Shown: piece after piece, positions 1 through 8,749 of the stretch
Layout: each line of letters begins with the position of its first letter
How positions within the stretch are numbered: position 1 is the stretch's first letter
Origin: a virus
Lineage: Duplodnaviria > Caudoviricetes
Virus record (IMG/VR): IMGVR_UViG_3300027814_000009
Coordinates: 1-24,384 of that record
Direction: 5' to 3' (one strand)
Length of the DNA stretch: 24,384 nucleotides
The notes under the pieces: model-generated
Database searches by the model: none
What the model was told of the DNA's origin: nothing
What the model saw: the letters and a program-made list of their open reading frames with translations, nothing else
Translations under genes and position numbers: made by a program

Positions 1-3000
1 CAGATGGCAGAAACTGGTATGTACGGTGGTGCCGAGGCTCAGCAAGAAGCTCTTAATAAACGCGCCGCATCAGAAGAAGCACGCACAGAGTCTGACCGTT
101 TAGCTGAGGAACAAGCAGCAATCATGTCAGGTCGAGTTCGTGCTTTGATCTATAGCACAGACCGAGGCTTAGACCAGTTGACTAAGATTCGTCAGGAGAT
201 GGCACAGATTGGCTATCCCGAAACAGAGATCGAAGCTACAGTTGGTAAGGCTGAGAATGATCTGCGTAACGTGCGTGATGGTGAATTGGCACAGCTTGTA
301 CAAGAGCAGTTGAAAGACACTGCCCAGCAAGTTGACGCAATGAAAGTGTCGAAGGTCGAGCCAGAAGTCTATCCTCAGATGGAAGGCATTCAGGCTGAGC
401 TTGATCTCAATGACCAGCAGCGCACAGATGCACGTCGTTTAGCTGAGGCTATGGCTGGCAAAGACGAGATAGACGAAGAGACAGGCGAAGTCAAGAAGCG
501 TGAGAAGATGACATTCGCTGAAGCTGTCAGGGCTATTCGCGAGAATGACATCGGCTTGATGCACCTCTATGATCAGATGCGTGATCTTGGCATGGACATC
601 AAGAAAGAGTACATCGATGTTGCTGGAAATATCTCAGTCAATACTCGTCTAAACGATTGGGTTAAGAAGTATCCGAACTCATCGATGTGGGCTCGTCATG
701 CTTGGTTCAAGTCGTATGAAGCTCTACCAGTTAAAGGCATCGTCCAGTTAACCGCTGGCGAAGAAGTGTCTTACAACAACTGGAAGAAGAGAATGACTGA
801 GATGCGTAATCGTTTGAAAGAACGTAGCGCAACCGAAGTTGGTGGCTTCAATATGATTCAAGATGCATTCCCAAATGCTCTGTTCTTGAACTACACTTTG
901 AATGAGATGCGCAACCCTGATGCGATGAACGCAGAAGATGCCATCTTTATCAAGGAGATAACAGACGATCCGGTAAGAGCATGGATGAGCGACATCAAAG
1001 CTGTACTGCAAGCGCGTCCTGATCTTGAGCCACAGCTTACTGAGTTCTTGACCAAGCCAGAGATGGATGCATGGCAAGAGTTCCGTGCCCGTGAGTTCCG
1101 TGAGTCGCAGCGCAATCTTGAAATGAAGATGCGTTCACCGATATACAGCCAGCTCGACAGTCTGCGTTACTTGTCGCCTGAGCTGTACCTGAACTACCGT
1201 AAAGAAATTGCAACAGCAGAAGAGAACCAACTCCAAGCTGTGCTGCAAGCTGCATTCGAAGCTAACGAAGCAGTGCGTGATGCAATGGAACGCGGTATCG
1301 ATGTGGGTCAAACCATCGGTGAATTGATGGATGCTCGTGCTGACGAAGACTCAGGCTATGCTGCGTCGCCAGATGAGATCAACATCGATGTTACCTACGA
1401 CGATGACGGTAATGACATCATCCCAAGTGAGAGCATCAGGTTCCGTCGCGGCACTCACTCAGGTGTTACCCCCGGCTTGAACATCATTGAGTCGTTGGAG
1501 ACAGCGTTCTCGAAGTGGACTAACCCACCAAACTACACTGTCGTGCAAAACCTGAACCAGTTGCCTGATGATGTACGGGCTCGACTGACTCAGCGTTTCG
1601 GTAACGTCGGATTCAAGGGTGCGATTGATCCCAAGACGGGACATATCTACATCCTGTCTGACTTCCATGAAGATGCAGAAGATGCCAAGTTCACAATGTT
1701 CCATGAGTTGTACGGACATTGGGGTATCCGCGCATTCTTGGGTAGCCAACTTGATACGTTCCTGAACGATCAGTATCGCTTGAACAAGAAAGTCCGTGAT
1801 GCTGCTGACAAGTTGCGTACCGAGGCCGAACAAGCTGGCACCCCTATGGGTCAACTTGAGTCGATCGAAGAAGCAATCTCAGATATGGCTGCGGCTGGTG
1901 ATACTGGTGCATTCCATAGCCTGATTGGTAAGCTAGCTCGTTGGCTCAAGAAGAATGGCTTTGAGAATGTTGCCGCTTGGATAGACAGAAACGGTGATAA
2001 GGAGTTGGCTGCTGTTCTGAGTGGTGCCCGTTCTGCCGCACGGAATCAGGGTATCTCTCCGCTTGCTGGCGCACCAACTGAAGTCATGTTCAACCGTGCA
2101 AAAGATCAGCCAGTTGAGGCTTACGCTTATCGCGATGGCAGGATCAAGGCATACGCACGACTCAACCCTATCACTGGCGATTGGACTGTCTTCACAATCA
2201 AGGGCGATGCTCAGTCAATTACTGATGGCGACTTCAACACAGTCACAACAGATACACTGAGTGCAGCACATGACTTGATGAAGCAGTTTGGTTTTGTCAA
2301 AGTTGCAAAAGGCCGCGAGACATTGCAGTACATCGGGCCTGACAACATCGTCAACATCAAAGATTATGTCAATGATCCTTCTCGTTGGAATAGATTCAAG
2401 CGTTGGGTAATCCAAGGTGCCCAGAATCAGTACCTCCCAATCTGGGAAGTTGCTCAACAGTTAATGATGGCTGGCAAAGACAACACAGTCATTGATGATC
2501 TGGTCAAGTACGAAGCTAGAACTGGCTACTACATTCAGGACTATCAGCGTACCTACCTGAACCCAATCTTGAAGAGCTTGAAGAAGCTTGGTGAGATGGG
2601 TCTATCGATAGAAGATGTTGACTTGTTCTTGATGGCTAAGCATGCAGAGGAACGTAACGGTGTGATCAGCCAGATGACCGCTGGTAAGAACACTAAGGGT
2701 TCCGGCATGACTACAAAGGATGCGCAGAAAATCCTAGAAACTGGGAATAAAGGCGCATGGGATGTAGCTGCTGTTGCTGAAATGGAAAAGATAAGCGCCA
2801 AGCTAAATGCTATGTCTAACGGCAAGCTGAACTATATGCTTCAAACAGGCTTGACCACCAAGTTCCAGTATGAATCTCTCAAGACTTCTTACAAGAACTA
2901 CGTCAACTTGTCAGGCAATAAGGAAACTGATCTCGATCGTTACGATGGCTCTGAACTGGGTGGTCGCGCTTTTAATGTTCGTGGCTCTGACGTGATTCGC

Positions 3001-5358
3001 TCAACAGGACGAGGCACACAGGCTGTTGATGTACTGCAAAACACAATGAATGCCTACGTTGCAACAATCATTAGAGGTCAGAAAAACAAAGTGCTTCAGT
3101 CAATTTTGCAGATGTTTGAGCAAAACCCCGACAAGACTTACATCGAAGTCAACCCTGTCGAAACACAGAAGCGTATCAACGTAGAAGCATTCAACTTTGA
3201 CAACAAAGTAATGAAGGCTCTGGGTACTGATAAGGGTACGGTGCAAGCAGGTAGAAACTTCTTGGTTGGTCTGAAGCAACAGATGGAACGTGGCGAGATT
3301 GACTCGGATGATGCTATAGCCGCAGTTGTCGAGCGCATCAGGCTGGCAGAAGAGCGTCGTGATTTGTACGCTGATGAAGCAGCAAAAGCCATACGCATGA
3401 TTAACGAGCAAGTTGTCATGAGTGCAAGACTATCACCTGACGGATACGTCACAAGCGTTGAGTCTACAACCAGAAATCCACAAGAGGTAACGGTTAAGGT
3501 GAATGGTCGTAGTGTGAGCATGGTATTCAACGCAAGATCTGCGGAGTTTTTCCAAGCAATCACAGGCATGAATGTGCAAAAGTCCAGCGCATTCTTTGAG
3601 GCTTTGGGTGCATGGGGTAGATTCTTCAGCCAGATGGTAACTACTTGGAACCCAGCGTGGATACCAATCAATATGGTTCGAGATATACAAACAGCTATCT
3701 CTAACATGGCTGCTGACCCAGAGGTTGGTGCCCAGCTTGCTGCGAAGATGGCTAAGGAGTACAAGTCGAGCGCGTTCCTTGCTACACGCTACATGCTGAA
3801 AGACTACGGCGGTGCTAAAGACGGTCGCTTCCGTGAGTGGATTGACGGAATAACAACCAAGCATCCTTTGTCTCCTGAAGATGCCAAGTTGATCGATGAG
3901 TTCTACGAGGACGGTGGCGCAACCTTCTTCCTCGATCGTGATAGCTTGGAGTTGTCGCTTGAGAAACTAAACAAGGCGATGAAGAAAGCTGACGATGGTG
4001 CGTGGGGTTGGACGAAAGACAAGTTCATGGCATTTGCTGACGCTATGGATGTTGTTTCAATGTCAACTGAAATTGCTCCGCGTCTTGCTGTTTACAAAAC
4101 TCTTCGTGAGGCTGGCAAGTCAAGAGAGTTTGCTGCTCGTTACGCCAAAGAACTGACGGTCAACTTTAACTTGAAGGGTTCAAGCCGTGAGCTGCGTGCT
4201 GCTTATGTGTTCTTCAACCCTGCTGTCCAAGGTACAGTTCGTCTGTTCAAAGATCTGAAGGAAGGCAACTACGGTAGGTTCGCTACTGTTGCTGGCTTCT
4301 GGATGGGTCTTGGCTTCTTGTCAAGGTTGATGGCTCGTGCCTTTAGCGATGACGATGATGAGCGTCCGGGCGTTGATACCATCGATATGGTGGCACCATA
4401 CAAGCAGAACACTTCGCTTACTTGGATGCCCGGTGTTATCGGTGGCAGCATCCCAGTTGCCTATGGTTGGAACGTGTTCTCCGCCGCAGGTCAGTATGCA
4501 TACGACACACTCAACGGCTACATGCCAGCGAGTACTGCTGCTATGCGTACCCTGTCTGCTGCGTTTGATGCATTCTCGCCAATTGGTTCTGGCGCTGAGT
4601 CAAAGAGCTTGGCTGGATCTCTGGTCAAAACCATAACTCCAAGTGCTGGTGTGCCAGTTGCTGAGTGGGTCATGAATGAGAACAGGTTTGGTGCCCCAAT
4701 GTATCGGGAACAGAATCCATTCTCAAACGTGCAAGAGTCGAACGCTTACATGCACTTCAACTCTGTCAACCCTGTATCTAAGATGGCAATGCAAGGTCTG
4801 GCTGCGGCGACTAACGGCGGGAAGAACGCTCGTTACACCCCCGGCCTAATCGATGTCAACCCAGCAATGGTCGATCACATGATCAATAGCTACTTGCCGG
4901 GTGTTTTCTCTGAGGTTTACAAGGCTGTTGGTCTTGGTATCAATAAGATCAAAGGCGTTGAAACAACTAAAGAGACACCGATACCAATTGCAGATAGGTT
5001 CAAGGCGTTGGCAGAGGGTGAGAAGTTTGATCAAGGTGCTGACCGTAGGGTTAGAGCTAAGGTCAACACTCTTTGGAAGGCTTGGTCTGCTCCGGAAACA
5101 ACTGATGCTGAACGACGCGAGATGGAGAAGATGTATCCTGACTTCCCGAAACTGCAAGGACTTCTGCAGTCTCAGGAAAATACCATTAAGCAAATGCGTC
5201 AGGCGCTTACGGCTATTGAACGAGATCCGAAGGCTTCCGATGAATGGAAGGTCGAACTTCGTAATCGTACAAACAAGATGGAAGCTTTCTACCGTAAGCA
5301 AGTGGTAGAGCAAGCTCTGAAATCAGGACTCCGTGATGTTGTCGTAGGGGTCGAATGA
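1..5358 (+). CDS. Large polyvalent / internal virion (ejection-type) protein with zincin-like metallopeptidase motif and C-terminal LPD38-like region; probably 5'-truncated by the window
   Basis: ORF of at least 1784 aa, open to the window edge (in-frame CAG at 1-3). FHELYGHWGIRAFLG followed by EEAI is a zincin-like motif typical of phage polyvalent proteins. The C-terminal motifs TWNPAW..NMVRD, ELTVNFNLKG, FFNPAVQG, IPVAYG and NENRFGAPM match LPD38-bearing virion proteins. Confidence 0.75.
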   Translation, partial: QMAETGMYGGAEAQQEALNKRAASEEARTESDRLAEEQAAIMSGRVRALIYSTDRGLDQLTKIRQEMAQIGYPETEIEATVGKAENDLRNVRDGELAQLVQEQLKDTAQQVDAMKVSKVEPEVYPQMEGIQAELDLNDQQRTDARRLAEAMAGKDEIDEETGEVKKREKMTFAEAVRAIRENDIGLMHLYDQMRDLGMDIKKEYIDVAGNISVNTRLNDWVKKYPNSSMWARHAWFKSYEALPVKGIVQLTAGEEVSYNNWKKRMTEMRNRLKERSATEVGGFNMIQDAFPNALFLNYTLNEMRNPDAMNAEDAIFIKEITDDPVRAWMSDIKAVLQARPDLEPQLTEFLTKPEMDAWQEFRAREFRESQRNLEMKMRSPIYSQLDSLRYLSPELYLNYRKEIATAEENQLQAVLQAAFEANEAVRDAMERGIDVGQTIGELMDARADEDSGYAASPDEINIDVTYDDDGNDIIPSESIRFRRGTHSGVTPGLNIIESLETAFSKWTNPPNYTVVQNLNQLPDDVRARLTQRFGNVGFKGAIDPKTGHIYILSDFHEDAEDAKFTMFHELYGHWGIRAFLGSQLDTFLNDQYRLNKKVRDAADKLRTEAEQAGTPMGQLESIEEAISDMAAAGDTGAFHSLIGKLARWLKKNGFENVAAWIDRNGDKELAAVLSGARSAARNQGISPLAGAPTEVMFNRAKDQPVEAYAYRDGRIKAYARLNPITGDWTVFTIKGDAQSITDGDFNTVTTDTLSAAHDLMKQFGFVKVAKGRETLQYIGPDNIVNIKDYVNDPSRWNRFKRWVIQGAQNQYLPIWEVAQQLMMAGKDNTVIDDLVKYEARTGYYIQDYQRTYLNPILKSLKKLGEMGLSIEDVDLFLMAKHAEERNGVISQMTAGKNTKGSGMTTKDAQKILETGNKGAWDVAAVAEMEKISAKLNAMSNGKLNYMLQTGLTTKFQYESLKTSYKNYVNLSGNKETDLDRYDGSELGGRAFNVRGSDVIRSTGRGTQAVDVLQNTMNAYVATIIRGQKNKVLQSILQMFEQNPDKTYIEVNPVETQKRINVEAFNFDNKVMKALGTDKGTVQAGRNFLVGLKQQMERGEIDSDDAIAAVVERIRLAEERRDLYADEAAKAIRMINEQVVMSARLSPDGYVTSVESTTRNPQEVTVKVNGRSVSMVFNARSAEFFQAITGMNVQKSSAFFEALGAWGRFFSQMVTTWNPAWIPINMVRDIQTAISNMAADPEVGAQLAAKMAKEYKSSAFLATRYMLKDYGGAKDGRFREWIDGITTKHPLSPEDAKLIDEFYEDGGATFFLDRDSLELSLEKLNKAMKKADDGAWGWTKDKFMAFADAMDVVSMSTEIAPRLAVYKTLREAGKSREFAARYAKELTVNFNLKGSSRELRAAYVFFNPAVQGTVRLFKDLKEGNYGRFATVAGFWMGLGFLSRLMARAFSDDDDERPGVDTIDMVAPYKQNTSLTWMPGVIGGSIPVAYGWNVFSAAGQYAYDTLNGYMPASTAAMRTLSAAFDAFSPIGSGAESKSLAGSLVKTITPSAGVPVAEWVMNENRFGAPMYREQNPFSNVQESNAYMHFNSVNPVSKMAMQGLAAATNGGKNARYTPGLIDVNPAMVDHMINSYLPGVFSEVYKAVGLGINKIKGVETTKETPIPIADRFKALAEGEKFDQGADRRVRAKVNTLWKAWSAPETTDAERREMEKMYPDFPKLQGLLQSQENTIKQMRQALTAIERDPKASDEWKVELRNRTNKMEAFYRKQVVEQALKSGLRDVVVGVE

Positions 5359-5709
5359 TTCGTTGAGCATCAACTTGTTGTAAGACAGTAAGCTGAGAAG
5401 GGGTGCAGTAGGGACAGAAACATTTTTGTTCAGACTGTACCCCTGATCAATTGCTAGATCAGCGTCATGCAATAACTTATCTGCATTCATTTGTCCAAGA
5501 GCTGTTTTAATTTTATCGAACAACTGTCTAGGAACAGCGCTAAGTTTATTCTCCAGTTTTCCATAGTACGCGTTAAGCGAGATCGCGTCTGCGTAGGCTG
5601 TGGCAAGTTCGAGGTGTGACATATTCTTCGCTTCCTCCATAGCGTCCTGCCATACTCCCGCCCCGTGCAATCTTGCTGTTTCATAAAACTCCTCCACGAT
5701 TTGTGACAT
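5323..5709 (-). CDS. Hypothetical protein (last gene of the leftward operon)
   Basis: ATG at 5709 preceded by AAGGAG; 3' end overlaps the convergent giant ORF by 36 nt. Confidence 0.7.
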   Translation of the reverse strand: MSQIVEEFYETARLHGAGVWQDAMEEAKNMSHLELATAYADAISLNAYYGKLENKLSAVPRQLFDKIKTALGQMNADKLLHDADLAIDQGYSLNKNVSVPTAPLLSLLSYNKLMLNESFDPYDNITES

Positions 5710-5719
5710 TGCTGCTCCT

Positions 5720-6127
5720 TTACTTATCAATCTCTTGTATCTTCAGGTGGTGATACATACCATCAGTTCTTTCGTATGCATCGAACGGATCATCTCTCAT
5801 AAGACTGCGAGGGATATTAACCTCTGGACGACGACTACATTCACCGCTTGGATTCGCTTGAGACATAATATATTTCTTTGTTGCCTGTGCAATATTATTC
5901 TCAGTAGTAAATTTAATCAAGCGCTTTTGATACCACTCTGCTTTGCGTAGCGATTCAACGCCTGACTTCTTACGCTCACGCCAGACATACTTCATGATGT
6001 TACCTTTAAGGTACCCACGAAATTCTTCTGGTGTTAAAGCAGACTCGATTGCATCGATACATTCAACTTTTCCTGAGGCGTAATGCTCTGGGTTGTTGAC
6101 GTTATCGTATTGAGATTCACGAACCAT
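5720..6127 (-). CDS. DUF3310 family protein (T7 gp1.7 nucleotide-kinase / SaV-like)
   Basis: DNVNNPEHY..GKVECIDAIE...F.GYLKGNIMKYVWR..KK.G.ESLRKAEWY signature. Confidence 0.88.
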   Translation of the reverse strand: MVRESQYDNVNNPEHYASGKVECIDAIESALTPEEFRGYLKGNIMKYVWRERKKSGVESLRKAEWYQKRLIKFTTENNIAQATKKYIMSQANPSGECSRRPEVNIPRSLMRDDPFDAYERTDGMYHHLKIQEIDK

Positions 6128-6348
6128 TTTGGCCTCTCTCTAGTCTTGGGGTTGTCACCCCTTAAAAAAGATTCAACAAACATTGCAGTCTCACGAGCAG
6201 CAATATCTCCTATCTCCTGTCTCCATTCTTTGTATAGCAGCTTACGATCCTTGGCCTTCAGCTTCACAGCTTTTTCGAACCTGAGTTGGAACGCTATTCG
6301 TGTTTCCACTTGCTGCTGGCTGATCGCACCGTAGTTCAGTTGGCTCAC
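6034..6348 (-). CDS. Hypothetical protein
   Basis: Probable GTG start at 6348 with GGAG 10 nt upstream; fills the operon; overlaps both neighbours by ~100 nt. Confidence 0.55.
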   Translation of the reverse strand: MSQLNYGAISQQQVETRIAFQLRFEKAVKLKAKDRKLLYKEWRQEIGDIAARETAMFVESFLRGDNPKTRERPKWFVNLNTITSTTQSITPQEKLNVSMQSSLL

Positions 6349-6430
6349 CTTTGATTTTCTCCACTGTCCAATTGGCACCCATCCACCCTAAGGCAGAGAA
6401 GAACCCCCATACGATCATATCCAGAATCAT
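6242..6430 (-). CDS. Small membrane-anchored protein
   Basis: ATGA-coupled to the upstream gene; hydrophobic N-terminus MILDMIVWGFFSALGWMGA. Confidence 0.6.
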   Translation of the reverse strand: MILDMIVWGFFSALGWMGANWTVEKIKGEPTELRCDQPAASGNTNSVPTQVRKSCEAEGQGS

Positions 6431-6642
6431 ACTACCTCTTCTAGCGCAGAGACTTTTGCTTCCAGATCCTCAAGTTTGCTGCGTAGTTTAGCAATCAATT
6501 GATCTCGTTGCTCAAGCTTCTCAATAAGATCTGCTGCCAATCCAATAACTTGTGCTATCTGTTTCTCTTGCTTGTCAAACAACATGAACTGCATGGTAGA
6601 TTTATCCATCATCTCTACCATCTTCTCAAGACGTTCATTCAT
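6427..6642 (-). CDS. Hypothetical coiled-coil protein
   Basis: Heptad-like C-terminus (LIEKLEQRDQLIAKLRSKLEDLEAKVSALEE); coupled overlaps at both ends. Confidence 0.7.
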   Translation of the reverse strand: MNERLEKMVEMMDKSTMQFMLFDKQEKQIAQVIGLAADLIEKLEQRDQLIAKLRSKLEDLEAKVSALEEVV

Positions 6643-6964
6643 AATTTATTCCCCCGATCCCTAGATCTCTCATCACATCTGCATCCGAGAATCCATAATC
6701 TTCCTCTTCGTCATCGTACATTAGACGAGCGGGTTTCTTACTTCCTCCCGATTCTTTGGGTTGTGGCTTCCCAACTTTCACCTTAGCCTTGGGTGGCTCA
6801 GGATTCGGAGTCCTTACAGGTACATTGGTATCATCCAACATCTCGATGGTTGTGTATCTGTAGTTGCAAGCAGGACACTTACGCTTGCGACGCAGGTCTC
6901 CGGTATCCGTCAAGCGCGTGTCATAGACTGCGGTCTTAGTCCCACACTTGAGGCAGTTCTGCAT
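6635..6964 (-). CDS. NrdR-like N-terminal zinc-ribbon protein without ATP-cone
   Basis: CLKCG..T.V.DTR......RRKRKCPACNYRYTTIE matches the NrdR Zn ribbon; followed by a Pro/Lys linker and acidic tail. Confidence 0.8.
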   Translation of the reverse strand: MQNCLKCGTKTAVYDTRLTDTGDLRRKRKCPACNYRYTTIEMLDDTNVPVRTPNPEPPKAKVKVGKPQPKESGGSKKPARLMYDDEEEDYGFSDADVMRDLGIGGINYE

Positions 6965-7230
6965 TAGTGAACAGCCCCCACACTAATAGTATCTTCTGAG
7001 TTCTTATAGATCTCACGAATCAACTTAGACATCTGGTCTACTGCGTCATCAACTTCAGACTCTTCCAAACCACAGATACGCATAGACAAGCCAGCCGATA
7101 CGCCGAATGCACGAAGCTGGGTGCCAAGCATTAGCTCTGGTGTTTTCACGCTGTAATCAATCCATGCTTGCACTAGGGCGGCACAATGATCCATCTGTTC
7201 TTTTGAGTCTAGCTCTTTTTCCTCAGCCAT
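6964..7230 (-). CDS. Hypothetical protein
   Basis: 88-aa ORF with GGAG RBS, TAATG-coupled to the next gene. Confidence 0.7.
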   Translation of the reverse strand: MAEEKELDSKEQMDHCAALVQAWIDYSVKTPELMLGTQLRAFGVSAGLSMRICGLEESEVDDAVDQMSKLIREIYKNSEDTISVGAVH

Positions 7231-7417
7231 TTTGTTTCTCCATAAGGGTTTTGTACTGCTCTTTCAGGTACGCATCAATGTCTTCGCGCCTGAATCTATA
7301 AGCCCTGCCAATCTTCGCAGCCGGGATCTGTCCTGTACGCGCCAACTTGCGCACAGTGAACGGTGTTAGACCGACGTACTTAGCCGCGTCGTTAATGTCC
7401 ATTAGCTTTTGTTCCAT
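7223..7417 (-). CDS. Excisionase-like (HTH_17 / MerR-type) DNA-binding protein
   Basis: LMDINDAAKYVGLTPFTVRKLARTGQIPAAKIGRAYRFRREDIDAYL is a classic Xis-family HTH. Confidence 0.9.
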   Translation of the reverse strand: MEQKLMDINDAAKYVGLTPFTVRKLARTGQIPAAKIGRAYRFRREDIDAYLKEQYKTLMEKQNG

Positions 7418-7575
7418 ACTATCTCCTCTCCGTACTTCATCAGGAACTCTGTTGTAAGTTCTATCTGACGAGAGTCATACATTTGCGCCTTAGTTGATTG
7501 AAGCATTTCATTGTTGGTCATAGGAGGTGCATCATAAAGACAGATCCATGTCCCGCGACCTGTGGCTTCAATCAC
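7402..7575 (-). CDS. Hypothetical protein (start uncertain; frame open to 7767)
   Basis: GTG at 7575 with GGAGG 9 nt upstream; fills the gap between the nuclease and HTH genes. Confidence 0.5.
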   Translation of the reverse strand: MIEATGRGTWICLYDAPPMTNNEMLQSTKAQMYDSRQIELTTEFLMKYGEEIVWNKS

Positions 7576-8446
7576 CGCCACCGTCCTCCCCGATGGGAGC
7601 AGCAGAACTTTCCCTGATAGATTGCCACTGCTTGCAGAAGTTTGCAACTTCGCAATACTCTTCGCAGCGTCGATGTCTACCCCGCCTTTCTTCAACAAAA
7701 TACCCGTCAGCGAGTCCTTGTTCAGCATCTTCTTTCCTTTCATATATCTTGACTGCTCGTTTACCACCGTTCTTCATCAAGGCAAATGTTGTTCCTGTGT
7801 ACCAAGTCTCCGCAGTTGTACACTCAGGTACGTCACCCGCCTCTGCTACCTGATGCCGCCATACACGATTCTTTATGTACTCATGCGTTTCACCCAAGTC
7901 CCAAACTGGGATCTCGATTACATGCACTGGCATCTGTGGATAGGATGGATTACGCAGAGCCTCTGCCTTGCGCCAATCACGAAGGATGGCAACAATACGC
8001 AGCTTCTCAACCTTGTACCCATTGGTAACGGCAAGCCAACGCAAGCAGTTAAGCTGACGCTCCCACTCCACATGGCTATCCATCTGCACCTTGTAGGTAC
8101 TAGTTACTTTGTAATCGTCAAGGATTCCGTTGCGCAGATCACACCGATCAAACTGTCCTGATACTTTCCATCCGTCAACCGTAGCGTACAAACGATCTTC
8201 AGCGATGACGTTCTCGCCCTGATCAGCGCGTTCAAGGATGGTGTGTACTGCTTGACCTAACAGAGACCAGATACGTTCTGTTACATCTTCAACAACAGCA
8301 CTCGAATACTTCTTACGAAGCACACGAATCTGAGGTGAGTCTATTAGTTTAGTAACGCTGATATCACTGTCACCCGCTGAGTAAGGATCGTTCTTTACTG
8401 CGTTGACAATTGCTTCAGGTAGATTGTGTAGGTTAGTTATGTTCAC
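7568..8446 (-). CDS. PD-(D/E)XK exonuclease, Cas4/RecB-like phage recombination nuclease
   Basis: SVTKL..SP, LLGQAVHTILE, E.RL, VSGQFD, DYKVTS and QLN.L motifs; C-terminal C..CEEYCEVANFC cluster; in operon with ERF. Confidence 0.85.
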   Translation of the reverse strand: MNITNLHNLPEAIVNAVKNDPYSAGDSDISVTKLIDSPQIRVLRKKYSSAVVEDVTERIWSLLGQAVHTILERADQGENVIAEDRLYATVDGWKVSGQFDRCDLRNGILDDYKVTSTYKVQMDSHVEWERQLNCLRWLAVTNGYKVEKLRIVAILRDWRKAEALRNPSYPQMPVHVIEIPVWDLGETHEYIKNRVWRHQVAEAGDVPECTTAETWYTGTTFALMKNGGKRAVKIYERKEDAEQGLADGYFVEERRGRHRRCEEYCEVANFCKQWQSIRESSAAPIGEDGGGD

Positions 8447-8736
8447 AGGAGTGTCTTTGCGTTATAGAGTTCTTCGGCAAGCAAGTATCCCTCAAGAGGC
8501 CATAGCTTGTCAACAGCATCTTTGTAAGCAATCTGTTCACCCATAGCTTGATTGAAGTTCTTTGAATCTACGCATGCGCTTTGACCCCATACCTTGTAAC
8601 CGTTCTTCATGTGAAGGCAGCAGAAGGTTGTGTGTCCATCACCCATGTCATGATATGTAGTCTTTTCCACTTTGGCAAGCATGTCAGTCAAGTTGACTTT
8701 GTTTCTTTGCCGCACTAGGTTTCGATCGATGAGCAT
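8443..8736 (-). CDS. Phage Gp49/Sf6 gene 66 family protein
   Basis: T.C.L.MKNGY.V.G.SACVD..NFN..MGEQIAY..AVDKLWPLEGYLL signature; ATG 8736 with GGAG RBS. Confidence 0.9.
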   Translation of the reverse strand: MLIDRNLVRQRNKVNLTDMLAKVEKTTYHDMGDGHTTFCCLHMKNGYKVWGQSACVDSKNFNQAMGEQIAYKDAVDKLWPLEGYLLAEELYNAKTLL

Positions 8737-8749
8737 AAAATCTCCAAGG

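Noticed and set aside
748-5313. Many antisense and alternate-frame ORFs within the giant gene (e.g. 3138-3764, 4846-5313)
   Set aside because: Shadow ORFs of a long coding sequence, with no recognisable motifs
7223-7417. Excisionase as evidence of a prophage or integration module
   Set aside because: No integrase, att site or host genes in the window; Xis-like HTH proteins are common stand-alone regulators
7568-8446. Cas4 as part of a CRISPR system
   Set aside because: No repeat-spacer array or other cas genes; context is ERF/SSB recombination
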